Position numbers and translations under genes: made by a program. 62,000 bases of DNA from Vicugna vicugna (Eukaryota): positions 186,001 through 248,000 of the forward strand of contig MU058557.1 in the NCBI GenBank assembly GCA_013265495.1, read 5' to 3'. The notes under the pieces were generated by a model that saw nothing but the letters and a program-made list of their open reading frames with translations, made no database searches and was not told the DNA's origin. This document shows, piece after piece, positions 53,494-62,000 of the stretch; the stretch's first letter is position 1, and every line of letters begins with the position of its first letter.

Positions 53494-53854
53494 GCAAAGT
53501 ACTTAGAAGCTAGAAAATGTTCCAGTTCTACTCAGGGAAATGAAAGAGCTTCGCTCCCTCCTTTAACCTGCACCTGAACTGTGATCGTTGTCAAAAGGCC
53601 CATGTGGAAATAGTCAAATTAACTCTAAGGTGTTTCTGAAAAAGGGAACATGAGCACATGGCCAGGATGCTTTTGCCAAAGATGGAGGAGGGGCCACGCC
53701 TGCTACAAGGACGGTGCGACTGACGTCACCAGTCTGCATCCACGGAACCAAGCTGAGAGCCCGGAGACAGGCCAGGATCATGTGGACGCTGGCGTATGCT
53801 GAAAGCTGTGTGCCAACCATGGGAAAACACGGGTCACACAGTGCATGGTATTGA

Positions 53855-54006
53855 GGGGGAGGGTGCAGCTCAGCGGCAGAGCCTGCTCAGCACGCATGAG
53901 GTCCTGCGTTCCGTCCCCAGCGCCTCTGCTGAAATAACCAAGTAGCTAAATAAATAAACTTGAATACGCGCCCCAAATAAAACAAAAACAGAAACAAACA
54001 CAATAA
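53855..54006 (+). mobile_element. tRNA-derived camelid-type SINE with TSD
   Basis: Same head sequence; atggtattgagg duplicated at 53845-53856 and 54007-54018. Confidence 0.88.
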
Positions 54007-55381
54007 ATGGTATTGAGGCGACTGGCTGACTTTTGTGTTTAACTGACCCTTTATCTTACTTCTTACATGAAAATAAATTCCAAATGAAGCAGGAAGTTTA
54101 ATCATGGAATAGGAAACTGTCAAAGCTCTAGAAAAAATTGGAAAAAGTGGTTTATAGTCTTGGAATGAGGAAGGCCTTGACAAGCAAGTCACAGAACTCT
54201 TAGGGGCAAGACTAATAACTTTGTCTGTGTTCTTAAAGAAAAGTCCGAGGACAACAAACTGGGGAAAAAAGGCAACAGATACATCAAAGGGCTAATTTTC
54301 TTAATCCATAAAGAGCTCTTGCAAATCAGTAAGGGAAAAAAAGAACCTCTTAGGAAAATCTGCAGAAGGTACGGTCCCCATTTCACAGTGACTGTTAAAG
54401 ATTAAATTGTATAAAGCTACAATCCAATAAATTTTAAGGGGGAACGGGTAATAGATACATAGCACCCCTCCTCGTGATTTTGATACGCGACGCGGTGATT
54501 GGTGCCCCGAGGGGTTTACATCTGGGTCTCCGTGGTTTACTGGGACCTCTTACAGCTGCGCCTTCGGTGGCAGTTTGAGCTGGCCCTGACAGGAGGGCTC
54601 ACAGCACAGACATCGGCCAGCAAAGCCAGGCTAAATGTATTGCTTTATGTATTGCCAGACTTCTCAGAGACAGCACCCCGGGGGCTCACGTCGCAGGGGC
54701 CTGGCTCTCGGTCTCCTCGCACACTGCCAGCTCCCCTGCAGCCTGTGTGGGTTTCTGTGTGCGTGTCCTGTCTGATCATATCCCTTCAGGGCCAGGAAAG
54801 GATTTTTTTTAGGAGAACTAAGCCCAGGTGCCGACGCCCCACCTCCTGGAACACGAGGGAGAGGCGGGCAGCAGGCATGGCGTTTTCCTCCTGCCCCAGG
54901 ACCCCCACGGAGCTCTGACAGCACCTGAGCCTACCAGAGGTGAGAGACCTGGGATTCCACGCCTCGGCCGGCCCCCGACACCTCACAGGAAAGGTGGGGT
55001 GGGTGCCAGCTGCATTTGACAGGAAGGAGGCATTGGATGACGGCAGCCTTGGCCAGGAGTGCAGGACACGGACAGGGCGTCCCGGACGGACGGGGCGCTC
55101 ACGTTGCCCGGCAGGCTCCCCAGGGCTCTGTCAGCCCTGACTCTGCGCCTGCATGACGCTGGCCTCTGTCCAGCCACTGCGTCCAATGCCAGGTCTTCTT
55201 AACTTTGGATCAGCAGGTGGCTCCCACCCCTTCCTGCAGACTCCTGGGCTCCTCCTGCCAACGGCCACCCCCTCCCTCATCTCCTCTGGGCTGAAGAGGA
55301 GCTGCAGTAGACTTGACCCTGCATCGCTTTCAAGGCCAGGCCAGAGGAGGCTCCCAGCTTCCCCGTGGCACGCTCTCCCTC

Positions 55382-55600
55382 TGTTATGGCCTGAACTGTG
55401 AACTCCCCGGATTAAAGCTCTACCCCCACTGGGACCATGTTTGGAGATAAATAAGATTAAATGAGGTCAGAAGCGTGGGGCTGTAATCCGGTGGGACTGT
55501 GGCCTTCTAAGAGGAGGAGAGAAACACCTCTCCGCCGTCCTCTCTCTTTTCCCACTGAAGCAGCCGCCACGCTGTAAGGAAGCCAGGCCACGAGGAGAGG
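55382..55600 (+). mobile_element. MLT1A/B-like LTR fragment
   Basis: tgttatggcctgaactgtg...tttggagata..gattaaatgaggtca..taatcc..gactgtggccttctaagag. Confidence 0.75.
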
Positions 55601-55804
55601 CACGGGCAGGTGTCCCAGCTGGCAGCCAGCACTCAGCACTGGTGCAGACACGTTAAGCGAGTGGTTCTCGGAGGGTCCCAGCCTGGCCTTCCCACTGTGG
55701 AGCAGGAGCAGACATGACCCTGCCCACGGAGCCCTGATCGGATGCAGATTCCAGAACAAGATACATGTTGTCCTTGGAGGTGATTTGAAAAAAAAAGAAA
55801 AAAA

Positions 55805-57700
55805 CCCAGCTTTATTGAGGAAGAATTCTCATACCACAAAGCCCACCCATTTAGTGCACACAATTAAATTATGCTAGTAAATGTATAAAGCTGTGTAACC
55901 ATCGCCCCGTTGTGATTTTAGAACACTCTCAGCCCCCTGCGATTCCCTTGTGCCCGCACGCAGTCAGTCCCTCTTCTCACCCCCCACCCCTGACAACACC
56001 ATCGGCTTTCTGTCTCCACAGATTTGCCTTTTCTGGGCATCCCACAAGAATGAAATCGTATCAGACGTGGCCTTTCGTGTCCGACCTCTTTCTCTTGGCA
56101 CAATGTTTCCAAGGTTCACTCAAACAGTAGCTCACACCAGTACTCTGTCCTTTCTGGGACCAGCCGAGCAGTACTCTGTGGTTTGGACCTACTGCCTTTT
56201 CTCTGTTCACTCATCAATGGGCGGACATTCAGGTTGTTTCCAGTGTCTGGTCACATGAGTGACGCTGCCGTGAACACTCGTGTGCACGTCCTTGTGTAGC
56301 CGTAGGCTTTCGGTTCTCTTGGGCAGATTCCTGGAAATAGAACTATTGGGTTCTATCATAGGTCTTAATAGGTTAAACTGGTTTTTTTTAATTTGTTACT
56401 ATTTTTTAAAATTGAAGTACAGTCGGTTACAATGTGTTAAGTTCTGGTGTACAGCATTGTGCTTCAGTCATACATGTACATACCTATGTTCCTTTTCATA
56501 CTCTTTTTCATTATAGGTGACTACAAGATATTGAATATATTTCCCTGTGCTATACAGAAGAAATTTGTTTTTTATCTATTTTATATATAGTAGTTAATAT
56601 TTACAAATCTCAAACTCCCAATTTTACCCTTCCCACCCCCTTTCCCCATAGTAACCATAAGTTTGTTTACTATATCTGTGAGTCTATTTCTGTTTTGTAG
56701 ATGAGTTCACTAGTGTCTTCTTTTTTCTTTTTTTTTTTAGATTCCATAGATAAGCAATATCATACGGTATTTTTCTTTCTCTTTCTGGCTTACTTCACTT
56801 ACAATAACATTCTCCAGGTCCATCCAAGTTGCTGCAGATGGCATTATTTTATTTTTTTTTATGGCTGAGTAGTATTCCATTGTATAAATATACCACATCT
56901 TCTTTATCCAGTCCTCTGTCAATGGGCGTTTAGGTTGTTTCCATGTCTTGGCTATTGTAAACAGTGCTGCTATGAAACTTGGGGTGCATGTATCTTTTTG
57001 AATTAGAGTTCCCTCCAGATATATGCCCAGGAATGGGATTGTTGGATCATATGGTAAGTCTATTTTTCATTTTTTTAGAAATCTCCACACTGTTTTCCAT
57101 AGTGGCTGCACCAAACTACATTCCCACCAGCAGTGTAGGAGGGTTCCCTTTTCTCCACAGCCTCTCCAGCATTTATCGTTTGTGGACCTTTGAACAATGG
57201 CCATACCTACTGGTGTGAATTAATAGGTTAAACTCTTAAAGACCCTCTTAAGACTTTACGAAACGGCCAAACTCCTTTTCCAGAGTGACTGCACCATTTT
57301 ACATTCTCACCAGCAATACTTGAAGGTTCGTATTCTCTAACTCCTCACCAACACGTGTCTGTCTTTTTCATTAGAGCTGTCCTGGTGGGTGTGAAGTAGT
57401 GTCTCACTGTTGTTGGATTTGTATTTGTGTGATGATTAATGATCTGAGCATCTTTTCACGTGCTTATTGGCCACTGGTGTGTCTTCTCTGATGAAACAGC
57501 TCTTTAAATCTTTTCATTGAGCTACTTGTATACTTCTTATTGAATTGTGAGAGTTCTTTACATATTCTGGATATGTGTCATTTATCAGACATATGATTTA
57601 CAAATATTTCTCCCAGTCTGTGTTCTGTATGTTCATTTCATTTATGGTGTCTTTTGAAGGGCAAAGTTTTACATTTTGATACAGTTCAGTTCAACAGGGA
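55805..57700 (-). mobile_element. Old L1M 3' region hosting a younger L1
   Basis: agctttattgag..attctcatacca and tttgccttttctgg on the left; ttttccagagtgactgcaccattttacattc and ttctttacatattctggata on the right. Confidence 0.8.
56380..57219 (-). mobile_element. Young 5'-truncated L1 with perfect 15-bp TSD
   Basis: ORF2 C-terminus DWIKKMWYIYTMEYYSAIKKNKIM..AATWMDLE; ttaataggttaaact at 56365-56379 and 57220-57234. Confidence 0.93.
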
Positions 57701-58035
57701 TGCTGACAAGCATGTGAGAACAGGTGTGGACGATGTTTCCAACGGTGAAGCCAGGGAGAGGGGCGCCTGATGGCAGAGAAAGTGACAGACTCAGTTGAGT
57801 CAGGGGCACACACAGCCCTGGGATGAAAAGCTGCCAGTAAAATGGAGTGGTCACGTGGTTTTAACGTTTTCATAACGTGGAGAAAGCTCACTGCGTTTGA
57901 CTGCATGGGAAATCGGGATGTGTAGCTGCAGCAGAAGCACCCAGGCCTGGGTGACACAGAGATGAAGCACCGCGGCCAGCCCTCCTGCTCCTGCCCGGGC
58001 GCTCCTGGGCCCTGAGAGTAAGGGGCACCTTTGCA

Positions 58036-58200
58036 CTTTTTTAATTTTTAAAATTGAAGTACAGTCAGTTATAATGTGTCAATTTCTGGTGTGCAGCTGA
58101 ATTTTTCCATCATACACGTACATACATAGATTCATTTTGAGATTCTTTTTCATTGTAGGTTACTGCAAGTTATTGAATATAGTCCCCTGTGCTGTATGTA
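58036..58200 (-). mobile_element. Short L1 3'-end copy
   Basis: ttttaaaattgaagtacagtcagtt..ggttactgcaagttattgaatatagtcccctgtgct. Confidence 0.82.
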
Positions 58201-60759
58201 TTTAAATATTAATTTTTTTCTGTGTCCCCCACTGTGAAAATTATGTACCAATAAGCCAGGACACGAGCTAAGATGTTAGAAAAGGAAAGGAAACAGCCAG
58301 GGCTTTAAATGACGTTCACAGGTAATTCACAAAAGGCGGAACACTGATGTTCAACCTTGGTGCTGTTCGGATTAATGGAGGAATGAGTTCTGGTTTCCCT
58401 TAGAGCTTTCTTTGCTTTCCTAATGTTCAACAATTAGCAAAAGTGATTTTGGTACTTGGAAGCAACAGTATTTCTCAAGCCAAAGAAACAAAGTCCGGTG
58501 GAATTGGGCCCCGAATGCTGGGTCTTGGGTTTTGCACTGTAACAAGTGCAGAGGTGGGAGGGATGGTGCAGTTCTGAGCAAAAAGAGGCCCGAGTGCCAT
58601 GGTAGTTTTGAACGATTTGTGTTGGTGGTGTGGGACACAGGAGAGAGGGATGTCTGGGGGCACCTGAGCTTCAGGTGTCCAGGGGCGAGCTTCCCCGGAG
58701 GGGGTGGGCCTGGCTGGCTGCTGAGAGAGCTGCAGGGAGGACAGCCTGGGAGTGACCTGGTGACCACTTGGGTTTGGTGGAGGAGGGGAAGAGAGAAGTT
58801 AAACCAACCTGGGGTGTGGAAACTGACAGCCTCCCCCAGGAGAAAGAGCAGTTCCTGAAGGGGACCCAGCACAGAAAGCACGAGAAACACACATAGGAAA
58901 ACCAGACAATGTCTGGGGCGTGGAGTCGGAGATGAGGAGCTCGGCTCTGCCAAGGGGCACTGAAGCATCACACAGACACAGCACCTCTCCCAGGAAACGT
59001 CCAGACACTGCAGACCAGGGACCCCACCCCCACTGTGTCTGTTAAGGGGTAATTTTAACTGGGATGAGCTGGAATTAACTGGAGGCACAGAGAGGGGCAG
59101 ATTCACCCCAAGGGCGGCCTGGGTGGGGTGGACGGAGGAGGGATGTGAGCTCCGGGAGGTCATCCTTGTCCACCGAGGAAAACAGACCCACCCAGCAGAT
59201 AACCCTTTGGGCCAGAGGATTATGTGTTTGTACATGAGATTAAATTGTGCAGCAGGGTGGGGTTTGCAAAAACTGGTCTAGCTCTTCTAGTAACATTGAG
59301 TGCTGATCTGTCTCACCTAGTATGACGCTGGGGCAGGGGCTGTGTCACCGCTGTTGTGTCCCCTCCCCAGGTCCTTTCCTTCTCGGGACATGTGTTGGGG
59401 TCACTGGGGTTAGCTGAGTGACATGAAGATGCGCAGAGACATGAAGACATCCAGTAGACCCTGGTCCTTGACCTCGGGGTCTGCTCCCCAAGGACACCCA
59501 GCAAGGAGGAGCCAGGCACTCCTGCAGGTGGCTCTCCTGGACCCTCTAGACCTGTGCCTGACAGCTGACCCGGCCTCAGTGTAGCCCCAGGGACAGTCGG
59601 GGAGGCAACACCTTGGCTGTCCACAGCCTCAGAGCCGGGAACGGTGTAGCAGCCAGGTCGTCTTCAGACCCTTCATTTGCCAAGTCCGATCCTTACAGAC
59701 TTGGAGAGGAAAGGCATACTTATTAACTTGGCCTTGACACCTGTCTTGTGCTGGTAAGGAACAGGGATTCCCAGCTTGCTAAGCTGTAAGCTGTCGGCTG
59801 CGACTCTCCCTGGCCCACCTGGTCGCTTCCGCATGTGAACCTCTTCCTAACAGCTGAAGAGGTGCCTTCTCTGAGCAGGTGGGACTAGGAAAGTTTCCGT
59901 CCCCAAAAGGCAGTGGCCACAGCCATGGCCCTGCCCCTCCACCCGCAGGCTCAGGACACTCTCGATATCGTCACAGCTTTCTGGCGAGCTGAGAATTCGG
60001 GCCTCGGAGGAGCTGTAGGAAGGAGTCAGGCCTCCATCCACTCTGCCTAGGGCAGGGGCCAGAGAGGAGCTAGTGGGGCAGCTGAGGTGGGATATGGGGG
60101 CCCTTGGCTTCTGTGGTGGAAGATGGGCTCCCCCGGCACACCCAGGTCGCACATGACAGGGTACCGGGGTTTGTATCCTGAGCACTCTGCAATTGTAACG
60201 ATGTCCATGGACGCAGGCTCCTGGTCCCCTCAGAACCAGGCTGGAGGTACCGCCACCCCTGTCATGCAGACGAGGAGACAGAAGCCAGGAGAACTCGCCC
60301 ACGGCCACGGAGCTGGAGAGCAACCCAGGTGCAGAGCCTGGCCCGGCCCTCTCACCTCTCTGACGCTGCACATGGGAGTGTTGTCAGTGCACCGGGACCT
60401 GTTTTGACCTGGTGTGGAGGGTGACACACACGGGGACAGCTGCCTTTGAAAGGCGAGGCCGAGAAACAGGAAAGCAAAGACCCTCACAGAGCCTGGAGTC
60501 GAGCCGGAGTCTTATCCATGCCCCACTGCGTCACGGTGGGCCCTGGCCTGGGTGACTGACAGGTGGAGAGTTAAGTCTCCCCGAATAGCAGAAACATCGC
60601 CCCGAGCCTCACGATTTCTCTTCACAATGATCATCACTTATTCCAGAATTACCAGGTGTGCCAGGAAACAATTTCACATAAACCAGGAATTTATGCCAGA
60701 CATAAATCCCGAGGTCACGAGACTGGACGTACCAGAACAGACCGTAGTGGGATTAATAC

Positions 60760-61400
60760 GTTCAAGAAAATAAACGAAAAAGATGCAAAATTCCATCAGA
60801 GCATTGAAATCGAAAGAAAAAGAATCACATGGACATTCTAGAACTGAAATACAAAGTGACTGAAATGAACAACCGAATAGATGGTTTTAAAAGCAGATTA
60901 CACGCAGCAGAAGAGCGGATTAGTGAAATGGAAATTATGTAAGTAGAAAATGCCCAGATGAAACAAGGAGGGGAAAAAAGGAGTGAAAGTACGAAGTGGA
61001 GTATGGGGCACAAAGGGCACAGAGAGACCCTGACACAGGTGTCACTGGAATCCCAGAAAGAACGCCAGAAAGTAAGCGAGAACGGCGCAGAAACAATTTT
61101 GAGTATTGGCCCAGGATTTTTAAAAAACAGCGAAAGACAAAAAGCAATAGATTCAAGAAGTTGTATGTGTATTTTAACTAGCATAAATACAAAGAAAATA
61201 CATTCAGGAACATTCTGGTAAACTGCTGAAAATCAAAATTTTAAAAGCATCCAGGAAAAAATGGTACATTACCTTCAAAGGCCAACAAAAAAGATTCAAA
61301 GCAAAAAATTTTCTTTAAACAGAAACGGTGGAAGCAAAGAAGACAATGGAATGAGCCTCGAAAGTGCTGAGAGAAAGTGACCGACAGCCTCTGATTCTGT
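60760..61400 (+). mobile_element. L1 ORF1 relic
   Basis: A-rich; attctagaactgaaatac, agcagattacacgcagcagaaga, ggaatcccagaa and aagacaatggaat. Confidence 0.8.
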
Positions 61401-62000
61401 GTTGGAGCCCAGCTGCGCAGGCCCCTTCTGCTGGACCCTTGTGCCCTCTCTAGCTGCTCCCATCAGCAGCCCCACCCCCCAAGGCAGCAGCTAGGCTGCA
61501 GAGTCCCCTGTGCACCCCACGCTCAGGGACGCCCCCCACCCTGGGGTCCACGCTTGGCACCGTGGATTTCTGCAGCCAGGGTGAGGGGTGGGCTCCCTCC
61601 TCTTGGCGCCTCCATCTCCCCATGGCGCCCTGGCGCTCTCCTGGATGGGGAGGAGAAGCCTGTTCCCTCGGGCTCCCTGCAAGGAAACAGCATCACAGAG
61701 GGAGGGCAGCGCTGGTCCAGCCCGGCCATCTGGGTGGGTCCGGCACCTCACCTGCCCTTGAGTGTGAGGAAGCTGAGAGCTCTCTGCTCTTACTGGGGTG
61801 CTCAGCTGGGTGGGGAGTCCCATCCCCCACCTGGGACGGCCTTGCCTCCTTCTCTCTGTCCCAGTGACAGGTGGGGGGAGTGAGACAGACAGAGCCACCT
61901 CCACATCCCCTGCTTCCTTCTTGGCAGCTCATCTGGGGCTGGCCTGGTTCAAGGTTCACTTAGAGTCTGTTCTGGAACATTCTCCTCTGCTGTGTGGGTA

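Noticed and set aside
48800..62000. BRF1 or another gene upstream of PACS2
   Set aside because: No TFIIB-like zinc-ribbon coding exon or second CpG island seen; BRF1 probably starts beyond the right edge if synteny holds.

Overview
GC-rich mammalian genomic DNA, probably a camelid, judging from three tRNA-derived vic-1-like SINEs and matching young L1 3' ends. The only gene I can support is PACS2 (phosphofurin acidic cluster sorting protein 2) on the minus strand. Its CpG-island promoter and first exon lie at about 48.1-48.6 kb and are interrupted by a 60-N assembly gap. A 30.6-kb intron 1 follows, then coding exons 2-18 (17505 down to 1029) and a 33-nt cassette exon at 256-288. All junctions are GT-AG and in frame, giving 2021 coding nt; the gene continues off the left edge. 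The rest is intron or upstream DNA with L1 fragments (two nested insertions with target-site duplications), MLT1 LTRs, MER3, MIR and a higher-order minisatellite. Almost all ORF-track entries are GC-rich noise or L1 relics. I found no convincing novel biological system. The best leads are the short cassette exon with an SRRM4-type 3' splice site, a candidate intronic terminal exon with a stop codon overlapping AATAAA, a MEF2/E-box cluster in intron 1, and GC-shifted ancient L1s. Comparisons with human PACS2 and repeat consensus sequences are from memory, not computed alignments.
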